Assembly: GCA_965219685.1 (NCBI GenBank)
Contig: CBDCOH010000002.1
Coordinates: 640,001 to 704,000, forward strand
DNA length: 64,000 bases
Direction of reading: 5' to 3'
Source: Candidatus Spongiisociaceae bacterium
Lineage (GTDB): Bacteria; Actinomycetota; Acidimicrobiia; Spongiisociales; Spongiisociaceae
Shown here in pieces: positions 29,665 through 41,167 of the stretch. The notes below the pieces were generated by a model that searched no databases, was not told the DNA's origin, and worked only from the letters and a program-made list of their open reading frames with translations. The position numbers were made by a program, and so were the translations under genes. Every line of letters begins with the position of its first letter. Position 1 is the stretch's first letter.

Positions 29665-29729
29665 GTGGTGAGTGGTGAATGGTGAATGGTGAGCCTTCCA
29701 GTCACTACTCACCATTCACCACTCACCCC
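29658..29729. repeat. Inverted heptamer arms (GGTGART)~5 / (TCACCAY-type)~4 between convergent genes
   Basis: ggtgagt ggtgagt ggtgaat ggtgaat ggtgagc ... tcactac tcaccat tcaccac tcacc; both flanking stop codons lie inside the arms. Confidence 0.9.
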
Positions 29730-29944
29730 TTAAAGTAGCGGCCTAGCAGGTTCAGCAAGATCGTGATTATCACGCTGATGACCACCATCGACGTGAGTGG
29801 AACGAACACCGCCGACCGCTCACCGACGCGTCGGAAGTCTCCCGGCAGGTTCCCGAACCAGGAGAGAAGACCAAAGCGGGTTGCAACACCGGCCAGGATG
29901 GCGATCAGGCCGCCAAGTATCAGGAGGTTGCCGAGGCTTCGCAT
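29723..29944 (-). CDS. DUF2905-family small membrane protein
   Basis: WFGNLPGDF...FVPLTSMVVISV motif, two TM helices. Confidence 0.85.
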   Translation of the reverse strand: MRSLGNLLILGGLIAILAGVATRFGLLSWFGNLPGDFRRVGERSAVFVPLTSMVVISVIITILLNLLGRYFKG

Positions 29945-30053
29945 GGCTCTCCCTACGCTAGCCCGATCCGCTTCCGGGCCGGAAGGTGAGGAGCTATCCG
30001 TCGCGGTCCGTCCCTGCGGGCGGAGGGCTACCTCGATTGGGCCGAAGCCTGGG

Positions 30054-30908
30054 TCATGTGGCGCAAACGATCTCGAAGTACTCGGTGATGTCCCGGAATG
30101 TCACCACGCCCAGGGCGCGGTTTGTCTCGCTGATGAGGACCAGATAGCGGTGACCTAGCGTGGCCATGATGCGCAGCGCATCGCTGATCGACGCACCGGG
30201 GGCTGCGGCGGCGATCTGCTCGGTCATCCAGTCGCCCACGGCCTCGTCCACAAGATCCTCCACCCGGCAGGCGACCTTCTGGAATACGTCGTGTTCGGTC
30301 AACTCGCCGATCACCGCTCCCCGGTGGTTGACGACGGACGCCAGCCCGGTCTGGGCGGAGGTCATGGCTTCGATGGCATCGGCCAGCGAGTCGTCGGGCT
30401 TGACCAGAAGCGGCTCCTGGGCGGCCAGGCCGGTGAGGTCCACGAAGTGCAGGTTGTGTTCCGGCGACAGTTCGGGACCCAACTCACTCTGAGAGTCCAG
30501 GAAGGCGACCGCCAGCCGGATAAGGTCGTAGTGGTTCACGCTGCCGAGCAAGTCGCCGTCGGCACTGATCACGGGCAGGTTCCGGAACCGGTGGGCGTTC
30601 ATGAGGCGCAGCGCGTCGAGCGCCGAGGCGTCGTGGCCGATCATCATCGGCTCGGCCGTCATGAAGTTGTCCACCGGAGCGTCCCACACGTCGGGTGCCC
30701 GGACCACGTGGTTGGTGACGTCGCGTTCGGTGAAGATCCCGGCGAGCCTGGCTCCTTCGGTCACCACCGCGCACCCGGTGTGCTGGGCGGCCATCGCCGC
30801 GACGACACTGCGAACCCTTCGGCCGCTGGGGACCACGACATGCGACGACAGCCTCATGCGGGACAGCAGCAAGCTCTCGAAGTACTGCACGATGTTGGAT
30901 TTCGTCAC
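30054..30908 (-). CDS. Four-CBS-domain protein
   Basis: GIFTERD, FRNLPV, GELTEHD, GVVTFRD: two CBS pairs, no other domain seen. Confidence 0.88.
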   Translation of the reverse strand: MTKSNIVQYFESLLLSRMRLSSHVVVPSGRRVRSVVAAMAAQHTGCAVVTEGARLAGIFTERDVTNHVVRAPDVWDAPVDNFMTAEPMMIGHDASALDALRLMNAHRFRNLPVISADGDLLGSVNHYDLIRLAVAFLDSQSELGPELSPEHNLHFVDLTGLAAQEPLLVKPDDSLADAIEAMTSAQTGLASVVNHRGAVIGELTEHDVFQKVACRVEDLVDEAVGDWMTEQIAAAAPGASISDALRIMATLGHRYLVLISETNRALGVVTFRDITEYFEIVCAT

Positions 30909-30968
30909 GGTCCTCCTCTGTCCGGTCGGCCCTGTCCGAGGGTTCCCCCGACGAGGGGAGCGGCTTGC

Positions 30969-32651
<1,683 letters not shown>

Positions 32652-32663
32652 GGGCACATGATA

Positions 32664-32814
32664 GGTAGTCGGTAGTCGGTAGTCGGTAGTCGGTAGTCGG
32701 TTGGTACGGGCCGCCTTGGAGCGGAGTCAATGGGTTGGCGGTTGCCGAACCCCAAGAGTGATCGGGACGTTCCACTGACCACCCGGGACTACCGACTGGT
32801 AACTACCAACTACT
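32664..32814. repeat. Heptamer arms (GGTAGTC)5 left and GACTACC/AACTACC right in a divergent promoter region
   Basis: Perfect (GGTAGTC)5 at 32664-32698; gactaccgact...aactaccaactac at 32787-32813. Confidence 0.85.
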
Positions 32815-32823
32815 CTTTCCGCG

Positions 32824-33582
32824 GTGCTGATCGTGAGCGATGTACATGCGGCATTCGCCGAGTTGGCCCAGGTCGCCTCTTTCGGGGAGCCACTGCTGAT
32901 TCTGGGTGACCTGCTGAACTTTGTCGATTACAGGACGGGGGCCGGGATTGCCGCTGATGTCTACGGCCGCGACCATGCTCTCGAGTTCATCCGCAACCGC
33001 AGCACCGGGGACTGGGATGCGAACCGGCGTCTATGGCGGCGGACGGTCGCCGGTCGCGCCGAGGAGTTGGCGGCCCGGACCCGCGAGGAGGTACTCCGCC
33101 AGTACGCAGCGGCCCGGACGGCTCTGATCGGCGCCGATGCCTATGTCATCTTCGGCAACGTTGACTGGCCCGAAGAGATGGACGCCTCCCTTTCGGGAAC
33201 CGTGCGGCTCGTCGATGGTCACGTGGTGGAGATCGACGGCTATTCCGTGGGCTTTGCGGGTGGGGGAGTGCCCACGCCCGCTCGGGCCCGCGGCGAGGTG
33301 TCGCACGAGAGCATGGCTGCCAAACTCGAGGCTCTCGGTCAGGTGGACATTCTCTGCACGCATGTGCCACCGTCCGTCGGTCCGCTCCATAGGGATGTCA
33401 TAACCGGTGCCATGGAGAGATCCTCGCCCGTCGTCCTTGACTACCTACACAGTTACCGGCCGCGCTATCACTACTTCGGTGATATCCATCAGCCGCAGGC
33501 CCACTCCTGGCGGGTGGGGACGACCATCTGCCGCAATGTCGGCTACTTCCGGGCGACGGCCAGGGCGGTGAGGCATTCCTGA
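32824..33582 (+). CDS. Metallophosphoesterase (calcineurin-like)
   Basis: SDVH, LGDL, FGNVD, CTHVPP, FGDIHQP. Confidence 0.9.
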   Translation: MLIVSDVHAAFAELAQVASFGEPLLILGDLLNFVDYRTGAGIAADVYGRDHALEFIRNRSTGDWDANRRLWRRTVAGRAEELAARTREEVLRQYAAARTALIGADAYVIFGNVDWPEEMDASLSGTVRLVDGHVVEIDGYSVGFAGGGVPTPARARGEVSHESMAAKLEALGQVDILCTHVPPSVGPLHRDVITGAMERSSPVVLDYLHSYRPRYHYFGDIHQPQAHSWRVGTTICRNVGYFRATARAVRHS

Positions 33583-33643
33583 CAGCGCTCCCGCAGACAG
33601 AGGCAACCGCGCGGGTCAACGAGCGTTCCCAGGACCGGACCAG

Positions 33644-36235
33644 TTGGGCCGCGGGGTGGTGGTGCCACCCGGTCATCCGGTGTCGATCGCCGGTCGTGTC
33701 CGGGTGCTGGTCGACCGTGGTCTGCTGGACGACGAGAACCGCTTGGCCGAAGCGGTCGAGATCCTGCATCAAGCGTGGGTTGCGCGAGAACGGGTCATCG
33801 TGGAGTTGGACGTCGACCAGGCGGAGCTCCGCCGCCCCGAGGTCGAGGAGTCTCCACCTTGGCTGCTCGGACCGGACTTCACGTTTCTGCGCGAACGGCT
33901 CCACTTCCTGGTCTGGGCCAACAATTGGGACCTCCGGAGCGGTGAGCCGATCTGGTGGTGGGCACGGAAGGCTGCTGCTCTCGGCGCGCCGCTGGACGAT
34001 CGCGCCGATGTCGATTTCGAGGGCACTCCGACCTGGGTGGATGGTGGACCCCGTGGTCCGCTCAGCCTCCCGGTGATACACGCTGAATCCGTGGAGACGG
34101 GCCGCCTCGCGCTTGTCCCGACAATGGTCGAGTCCGCCGACGACCTGGCCGACGACCAGCGGGCGGCGGTCAATCATCCCCGCGGGCCGGCGAGGATCAT
34201 CGCTCCGGCCGGGTCGGGCAAGACCAGGACGCTCAACGCGCGCCTGACCCATCTGGTCGATGGAAGGAGTGTCGAACCCTGGTTGGTGACGGCTGTTGCC
34301 TATAACAACCGCGCGGCGGCTGAGATGCGGACCCGGCTCGAGCGCGAGGACCTCCACATCCGTACCATCCATTCGCTGGGCTGGCGAATACTCCGGGAGG
34401 CACGACCCGGCGTCGACCTCCTCGACGAGCGAAGCGTCCGGACCCGGCTCCGTCGCTTGATTCCTCGCAAGCCCCGGCTCAACACGGACATCATCGGCCC
34501 TTACATCGAGGCTCTCTCCGATGTGAGGATCGCCCTTCGAGACCCGAATCAGGTCGAGCAGGACCGCGACGACGTTCCCGACTTCGCCCGGGTCCTCGCC
34601 GCCTACCGCCGACTTCTCAGCGAGCGCGACGAGGCTGACTACGACGAGCAGGTGTACGGCGCCATCGAGATGCTCCTCACGCGACCGGATCTCCGGCGCG
34701 CATGGCAGCGGCGCTGCCGTCACCTTCTTGTGGACGAGTTCCAGGACCTCACACCTGCCTACCTGCTCCTCATCCGCCTTCTGGCATCGCCGAGCCTTTC
34801 CGTCTTCGGGGTGGGGGACGACGATCAGACCATCTATGGATACGCCGGCGCCGATCCGGCGTTCCTGCTGGATTTCGATCGTTTATTCCCCGGCTCCGCA
34901 CTGCACGCCCTGGAAGTGAACTACCGGTCCCCGTCGGAGGTGGTCGAGGCGGCCGTTTCGCTCCTCGACAACAACCGCAGACGTATACCCAAGACGATTC
35001 GAGCGGTCGCGGAATCGCAGTCGGGGACCCTGCAGATCCTTGAGTTGCCCGACACGTCCGTGGCGGCCGACGCGGCCGAGAAGATCGTCGGATGGCTGTC
35101 AGATGGGGTCTCCCCGGGCGGGGTAGCGGTACTGGCCCGGGTCAACTCCGCCCTGCTCCCGATACTTGCCGGGCTGGACCTGGCCGGCGTCCCGCTGAGT
35201 TCACGAGTTGCACCTGGTCTGCTGGACCGGACCGTGATGCGGGCTGCGATGGCCTGGATCCGTCTGGCCTTGAACCCGGACGAGATGTGGCGCCAGGACC
35301 TGTTGGAAGCGGCTCGCCGTCCTTCCAGGAGGATCAATCGCCTCTCGGCCGAACTGGTGCCCGCCGGGGTGCCGGTCAACCTGAGCGGGCTGTCCCGCCT
35401 CGCCCGGCGCCTGGAGGGACGCCAGGCCGAGGCATGGTCAGGCTGGATCGACGACATCGGCCGGGTTGTGGACGCCGCCCGCGGCGGGGAGTCGGCCGCC
35501 GTTCTGGACGAACTGGTGGACGGCGTCGGGTTGGGCGGCGCGGCCGATCTGCTGGACCGGGGCCGCACCCGAGTCGACCGGGCCGCTCACTCCGACGATC
35601 TGGTCGCGCTCCGCCGGACCGCGGCCATCTACGCCGGACTCGCGGACTTCGAGGACCGGCTCCGTACGCTGCTGAACCGCCACTCGATGCCGGGCGATCC
35701 CTCCTCTGCAGGCGTGACCCTGTCCACGGTCCACCGCGTGAAGGGTATGGAGTGGGACCGGGTGGTCGTGTTCGGGGTGGAAGAGGGGCTCATGCCCCAC
35801 GCCCTGTCCGAGGACATAGAGGAGGAGCGGCGCGTGCTCCATGTCGCCATGACGAGAGGCCGCCACCGCGTTCTGGTTGTGGCTGACGCCGACCGGCCCT
35901 CGCGGTTCCTCGCCGAACTGAGGGGCGAGGCGGTCCCAGCGGTCCCGATTCCCGCGCACCCGGTCAAGCGCATCGTCGATTCCAGGTCCCGACCCGCTGC
36001 GCCTGTCGACGAGCGACTCCTGGAGAGGCTCAAGGCTTGGAGGTTGGGGGTCGCGAGGGAGCGCGGGGTCCCCGCATACGTGGTGTTCTGGGACCGGACC
36101 CTCGAGGAGATAGCCTCGACCCGTCCCCGCTCGGAGAGCGAGTTGTTGGAGGTGAGCGGCGTCGGTCCCGCCAAACTGGACGAGTACGGTGAGGATGTAC
36201 TGGAGTTGGTGCTGGCGTCGCCCGCGGCCATTTGA
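33644..36235 (+). CDS. UvrD-family ATP-dependent helicase with C-terminal HRDC domain (start uncertain)
   Basis: APAGSGKT, VDEFQD, VGDDDQTIY, NYRS, TVHRVKGMEW, EERRVLHVAMTR; HRDC (VPAYVVFWDRTL...GVGPAKLDEYG). Confidence 0.9.
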   Translation: MGRGVVVPPGHPVSIAGRVRVLVDRGLLDDENRLAEAVEILHQAWVARERVIVELDVDQAELRRPEVEESPPWLLGPDFTFLRERLHFLVWANNWDLRSGEPIWWWARKAAALGAPLDDRADVDFEGTPTWVDGGPRGPLSLPVIHAESVETGRLALVPTMVESADDLADDQRAAVNHPRGPARIIAPAGSGKTRTLNARLTHLVDGRSVEPWLVTAVAYNNRAAAEMRTRLEREDLHIRTIHSLGWRILREARPGVDLLDERSVRTRLRRLIPRKPRLNTDIIGPYIEALSDVRIALRDPNQVEQDRDDVPDFARVLAAYRRLLSERDEADYDEQVYGAIEMLLTRPDLRRAWQRRCRHLLVDEFQDLTPAYLLLIRLLASPSLSVFGVGDDDQTIYGYAGADPAFLLDFDRLFPGSALHALEVNYRSPSEVVEAAVSLLDNNRRRIPKTIRAVAESQSGTLQILELPDTSVAADAAEKIVGWLSDGVSPGGVAVLARVNSALLPILAGLDLAGVPLSSRVAPGLLDRTVMRAAMAWIRLALNPDEMWRQDLLEAARRPSRRINRLSAELVPAGVPVNLSGLSRLARRLEGRQAEAWSGWIDDIGRVVDAARGGESAAVLDELVDGVGLGGAADLLDRGRTRVDRAAHSDDLVALRRTAAIYAGLADFEDRLRTLLNRHSMPGDPSSAGVTLSTVHRVKGMEWDRVVVFGVEEGLMPHALSEDIEEERRVLHVAMTRGRHRVLVVADADRPSRFLAELRGEAVPAVPIPAHPVKRIVDSRSRPAAPVDERLLERLKAWRLGVARERGVPAYVVFWDRTLEEIASTRPRSESELLEVSGVGPAKLDEYGEDVLELVLASPAAI

Positions 36236-36473
36236 CGGGGACCCGGCGGTGCTCGAGTACCGGCGAGCGAGACGAGAGAACGATCTCGGCGGGCCCACCT
36301 TCCAAGGCTGGGAAACGACGTGATCTAACGCTAACCACCGACTACCGACTAGAGACTAGGAGCTAATCATCTAGCGTCCGGATCCCCTCCCGAGCGGAAG
36401 CATATCGTCGGGGCTGGACGCGTCGGGATTGTTTTCAACTACCCTGGGACGGAACCGTCGGGATGGGAGCAGG

Positions 36474-36929
36474 GTGGCGGAGGCGACCGTTCAAACCATC
36501 GAGATCGATGCCTCACCGAGTGCCTGTTTCGAGGTGGCAGCCGACTTGAGCGCCTATCCCGAATGGGCTACCGAGATCCGGCATGTCAAGATCCACGAGC
36601 GAGACGGGGACGGCAGGCCAGGCCGGGTCACGCTCACCATCGATGCGATGATCCGCCAGGTGAAAACTACCCTGCGGTACCGGTACGAGTATCCCCGCTC
36701 CATGTCGTGGACCGCCGAGCCCGGCGCCGACATCGTGGACCTGGAAGGCTCTTACGAGTTCCACCCCGTCGGTGAGGGAACCTCGGTCGTCTACGCGCTG
36801 CGTGTCGTTCCGTCCTTCGACATTCCAGGTTTTCTGAGGCGCCAGGCGGAGAAGCAGTTGGTGGGAACTGCGCTGCGGGGCCTCAGGAAGCGGGTCCAGG
36901 GGATTTCCCCCGCGGTAGGTGCCCACTGA
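36474..36929 (+). CDS. SRPBCC / polyketide-cyclase-like protein
   Basis: IDASPSACFEVAADLSAYPEW, LEGSYEF, IPGFLRRQAEK. Confidence 0.85.
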   Translation: MAEATVQTIEIDASPSACFEVAADLSAYPEWATEIRHVKIHERDGDGRPGRVTLTIDAMIRQVKTTLRYRYEYPRSMSWTAEPGADIVDLEGSYEFHPVGEGTSVVYALRVVPSFDIPGFLRRQAEKQLVGTALRGLRKRVQGISPAVGAH

Positions 36930-37084
36930 TCGAGCGTCCGCCACCCCGCGCCGAACGTATGCCCAAGACGCGCCCGTTCCGGCGCGCTCGGCGCCGGAAC
37001 GGGGATGCCGGACTATGGATAGCGAGGAGGGCTGGGTCGGATGCTATCCACTTGTTGTCCGGCCGCTTGCCGACCTGCCGGACC

Positions 37085-37537
37085 TCAGTCTCCGGCAGGT
37101 TCGATCGGGATGGCTCGGGGAGCCACATCCGGGCGTTTCCGGAGCACGACCTCCAGGATCCCGTCGCTGAAGGTGGCCTCGACCTCGTTGGAGTCGAGGT
37201 CCTCGCCGACCCGGATCGAGCGGGAGAAGCTGCCTTCGACCAACTCTTGGAGACGGTAGGCCGCGCCCTCCGGGAGAACAGGCGAACGTGTGCCCCTGAC
37301 GGTGAGAAGGTTGTCGTCCAGCGTCACCTCCAGGTCCTCCGACCGGAACCCGGCGAGCCCGTAGCGAATCGTCAGCGAGTCGTCCGACTCGATGATGTCC
37401 ACTCCAGGTAGCCGAGCGGGCTGGGCGATGCGTCCTTCCCGAAAGCCGAAGCGGTATCCACTCGGCCGGGGTAGAGCTCCGAACAGGGCCTCCACATCAT
37501 GGGCGAGTCTGAACGGTCTGGTACGTACTAGGTGCAT
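37085..37537 (-). CDS. Hsp20 / alpha-crystallin small heat-shock protein
   Basis: VDIIES, LTVRGTR, GSFSRSI, ATFSDGILEV; start ATG 37537. Confidence 0.9.
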   Translation of the reverse strand: MHLVRTRPFRLAHDVEALFGALPRPSGYRFGFREGRIAQPARLPGVDIIESDDSLTIRYGLAGFRSEDLEVTLDDNLLTVRGTRSPVLPEGAAYRLQELVEGSFSRSIRVGEDLDSNEVEATFSDGILEVVLRKRPDVAPRAIPIEPAGD

Positions 37538-37599
37538 GTTTATACCTCTCTCGGGCTCGTCGGCGATGGGCAGCGAGCCGATCGCCGGGTTGCAGTCAT

Positions 37600-37629
37600 A
37601 TAATCTAAGGTATAAAGACTCAGATTTAT
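37600..37629. promoter_or_regulatory. HAIR-like (HspR) inverted repeat upstream of hsp20
   Basis: aaTCTAAGG-N7-ACTCAGAtt versus HAIR consensus CTTGAGT-N7-ACTCAAG; same 7-nt spacer. Confidence 0.6.
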
Positions 37630-37789
37630 TCCAGCACCGAACCGCGTTTCTGCCGGAATCGTTCGGGGGCGCGGGTTTCAGGGCCGGTTGTGAGCCGATC
37701 CGCGGTGGTCCTTCGGCGGCCCGCCGTCGTGACCCGCACTCGTTCCAGATCTCCATCTCTTTTTTACTGTGCTACATATGCGAGTGAGA

Positions 37790-38743
37790 ATGGCCCCGGT
37801 GATGGATCACGGTTCAGATCTCACCCTCGGCATAGATCTGGGTGGGAACAAGATGGCCTTGGCGCATGTGGATGCTGCCGGCAATATCGTCGGCTTCAGG
37901 TCGATGCCCAGACCCGCGACTGCGGACGCGATGGACATCGTTCCGGTGGAGGCGGCTCTGTCCATGCTGACGCCGAGCGTGAAGGCGATCGGTATCGGAG
38001 CGGCCGGATTGGTCAAGGCGCACGAAGGGGTACTGGTCTGGGGACCCAACGTCGAGGGCAAGGAGGTCCGCTTCCGCGAGATCTTCGAAGAGCGCCTTGG
38101 TCTACCCACTGTTGTGGACAACGATGCGAATGTGTCCGGCTTGGCAGAGGTTCGCGTGGGCGCAGCGCGCGGCTACCAGCACGTCTGCATGATCACTCTC
38201 GGTACCGGTATCGGCGGCAGCTGGGTCATCGATGGCCGGCCCTACCGGGGCCGCGCGTTCGCGGGAGAGATCGGGCACATGCCGGTGGACGTGGGCGGGC
38301 CACGCTGCACCTGTGGCCAGCAGGGATGTTGGGAGACGTTCGCGTCCGGCCGCCGCCTCGACCAGATGGCACGGGACCTGGTAGCCACGCGACCGGACGG
38401 GTTGGTCGCCAAACTGGCGGACGGTTCCATTCCGGAGGGTCAGCACCTGACGCGGGCCGCCATGGAGGGGGATCCCGATGCGGTCGAATCCCTCAAGGAG
38501 ATGGCGTGGTGGTTGGGTTTGGGAATCGCTGGGCTGGTGGCCGCGTTCGATCCCGAGGTAGTGGTGATCGGAGGCGGGGTGTCGCGCGCCGGGGATCTCT
38601 TCCTCGATGAGACCAGGGAGGCCTTTGAAGGGGCATTGGAGGGTGCGGATCACAGGGAACCGACCCCCATCGTATGCGCGGCCCTTGGCGAGCACGCCGG
38701 GGTGATCGGGGCCGGTCTCTACGCAAGGGAGTGCCTGTTGTGA
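37790..38743 (+). CDS. ROK family sugar kinase (glucokinase-like)
   Basis: GIDLGG, DNDAN, TLGTGIGG, GEIGH, CTCGQQGCWE; start uncertain (37778/37790/37802). Confidence 0.92.
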   Translation: MAPVMDHGSDLTLGIDLGGNKMALAHVDAAGNIVGFRSMPRPATADAMDIVPVEAALSMLTPSVKAIGIGAAGLVKAHEGVLVWGPNVEGKEVRFREIFEERLGLPTVVDNDANVSGLAEVRVGAARGYQHVCMITLGTGIGGSWVIDGRPYRGRAFAGEIGHMPVDVGGPRCTCGQQGCWETFASGRRLDQMARDLVATRPDGLVAKLADGSIPEGQHLTRAAMEGDPDAVESLKEMAWWLGLGIAGLVAAFDPEVVVIGGGVSRAGDLFLDETREAFEGALEGADHREPTPIVCAALGEHAGVIGAGLYARECLL

Positions 38744-39147
38744 TGGAAGGGTGGCTCGAGAGGGTGCTCCCCGACGAGGCAAAGCGCGAGCAGGTACGCA
38801 AGGTTGTAATGATCCTGCCGAATCTGACCAAGTTGCTGGTGCGCCTTGCGAGGGATCCGAGGGTGCCGGCCAGGGCGAAGGTATTCGCGGCCGGGGCAGC
38901 TGTCTACGCGATCTCGCCGATCGATCTCGTACCCGACTTCATCCCGCTGATCGGCCGGACCGACGACCTTGTGGTGGTTGCGCTGGCCTTGGACTACCTC
39001 GTCGAGGAAGCCGGTGTCGCGGTGGTGCGGGAGCACTGGGACGGTCCCGACGAGGTTCTGTCCCTGATAGTCGACGTGGTCGGCATGGTGGCGGGAGTGG
39101 TGCCGCGTCCCGTGCGGATCGCCATCAACCGGTACCTCAGGGGATAG
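38743..39147 (+). CDS. YkvA / DUF1232 family protein
   Basis: DPRVP, YAISPIDLVPDFIPLIGRTDD. Confidence 0.9.
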   Translation: MEGWLERVLPDEAKREQVRKVVMILPNLTKLLVRLARDPRVPARAKVFAAGAAVYAISPIDLVPDFIPLIGRTDDLVVVALALDYLVEEAGVAVVREHWDGPDEVLSLIVDVVGMVAGVVPRPVRIAINRYLRG

Positions 39148-39374
39148 CCGAGTCGGATTGCCCGTTCCGAGATGAGTTGTTTGCTAGCCGGTAGTCAGTA
39201 GTTGTGATCGTCGGTTATCGTTGCGTCGGGTCGTTTCCGGCCTCCATGACGGGCAAGGTGCCTCAAGGGCATCAGAACTCGGTTCGTCCCGCACGTGCGC
39301 CATACCCCTTCCGGCGCCGCAATCGGTCACCCTTATAATGGGGCATCTGTTGGGGTGCCTGGGATAGACCTGTA

Positions 39375-41015
39375 ATGAACTACGGCCTGCATGATCTCCG
39401 GGGGGACTTGTTCGGGGGCCTTACTGCGGCAGTGGTCGGGTTACCCGTGGCTCTGGCATTCGGTGTCGTCTCGGGTCTCGGCGCGCTGGCCGGTATGTAC
39501 GGGGCGATCGCAGTGGGCTTCTTCGCTGCGGTATTCGGGGGAACGCGTTCACAGATATCAGGTCCCACGGGACCCATGGCCGTGGCGATGGCGGTCATCG
39601 TGGCCAGTTACGCGGACAACCTCGCCGAGGCATTCGCGATCGCCATCATGGCGGGTCTGATCCAGATCCTCCTCGGCGTCGTCGGCATCGGAAGGTTCGT
39701 CGCGTACACGCCTTACTCGGTCATCTCCGGCTTCATGTCCGGGATCGGCTTGATCATCATCATCCTTCAGATGCTGCCCTTCCTCGGCGCCGAAGTGCAG
39801 GGTGGAGGGCCCATGGGCGCCATCAGGGCTCTGCCGGATGCGGTGCGCCACCTGAACGTGCAGGCGTTCGCGATTGCCGCGGTCACCCTGGCGGTGGGCG
39901 TGATGTGGCCGAGGCGTCTCCGCAAGGTGCTCCCTCCGACTCTGGCGGCTCTGGTGGTCGGTACGCTGCTGGGGGTACTCTGGCTGACCGACATCCGCGT
40001 GATCGGAGAGGTTCCAACCGGTCTGCCCACGCTCATCCGGCCTCCTGTATCCGCGGACCTCATTGTCCGCGCCCTGCAACCGGCTCTGACTCTTGCGCTG
40101 CTGGGTTCGATCGATAGCCTGCTCACCTCCCTCATAGCCGATTCCATGACCCGGACCCGGCACAAGCCGAACCGGGAGTTGATAGGTCAGGGCATCGGGA
40201 ACATGGCCGCCGGATTCATCGGGGGTCTGCCAGGCGCCGGGGCGACCTTGGGTACGGTCGTCAACCTGCGAGCCGGGGGGCGCACACCGGTCTCCGGAGC
40301 TATACGTGCGTTCATCCTGTTGGCGTTGGTACTCGGCCTGGGCAGGCATGTGGAGGCGATACCGCAGGCGGTCCTGGCCGGAATCCTGATGAAGGTCGGA
40401 TGGGACATCATCGACTGGCGTTTCCTCACCCGTCTCGGTCGCCTCCAGCGTGACCACGTCCTGGTGATGGTCGTAACCCTCGGTTTGACGGTTTTCCTGG
40501 ATCTCATAACCGCGGTCGTCATCGGTCTCATAGTTGCGGGGATGGTGGCGGCGAGACAGTTCGAACGCCTCGAGTTGGACAGTGTCATATCGGTCCCGCT
40601 CCTGGACCAAGCCTTCCTGCAGGACGCCGACGTGGACGACTTCTCGGCCCGGGTCGGCCTCGTGGCGCTCAGGGGTACCTTCACCGTTGCCTCCGCGAGC
40701 AAGATGATCACCACGATCAGCGTCGATATCAGGGACCACGAGGTCGTCATACTCGACTTCAGGCAGACGGTATACGTCGACGACAGTGCCGCCCTGGTCG
40801 TCGAGCAGTTGGTGGATTCGGCGATCGCGGAGGATACGGACTGCATCGTGATGGGTCTCGGTGGCGCACCGGCGGCGGTACTCGATGCTCTCGACGCCCT
40901 CGACAAGGTCCCCGGCGACCGGATCGTCGCAACCATGGACGACGCGAGGGGGATTGCGCGACAGATCCTCGCAAGTCGAGACGAGCGGGAGCACTCGGAC
41001 ACCCTGGATCGGTGA
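39375..41015 (+). CDS. SulP/SLC26 anion transporter with STAS domain
   Basis: DLFGGLTAAVVGLPVALAFG, QISGPTGPM, ELIGQGIGN; STAS VILDFRQTVYVDDSA. Confidence 0.93.
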   Translation: MNYGLHDLRGDLFGGLTAAVVGLPVALAFGVVSGLGALAGMYGAIAVGFFAAVFGGTRSQISGPTGPMAVAMAVIVASYADNLAEAFAIAIMAGLIQILLGVVGIGRFVAYTPYSVISGFMSGIGLIIIILQMLPFLGAEVQGGGPMGAIRALPDAVRHLNVQAFAIAAVTLAVGVMWPRRLRKVLPPTLAALVVGTLLGVLWLTDIRVIGEVPTGLPTLIRPPVSADLIVRALQPALTLALLGSIDSLLTSLIADSMTRTRHKPNRELIGQGIGNMAAGFIGGLPGAGATLGTVVNLRAGGRTPVSGAIRAFILLALVLGLGRHVEAIPQAVLAGILMKVGWDIIDWRFLTRLGRLQRDHVLVMVVTLGLTVFLDLITAVVIGLIVAGMVAARQFERLELDSVISVPLLDQAFLQDADVDDFSARVGLVALRGTFTVASASKMITTISVDIRDHEVVILDFRQTVYVDDSAALVVEQLVDSAIAEDTDCIVMGLGGAPAAVLDALDALDKVPGDRIVATMDDARGIARQILASRDEREHSDTLDR

Positions 41016-41167
41016 TACCGGCCTGCGCGTCTCTCGCTGGAGGTCGATGTGACCGGGTCAGTTGCCGGGTCGTTGGTCCGCCGACGGGGGAGGTGCGGCC
41101 GTCACCACCCGATACCATGCCCTCGGTGTTACTCCGGTTACCGGGCCGCTGAACCGCCGAGCGACCA

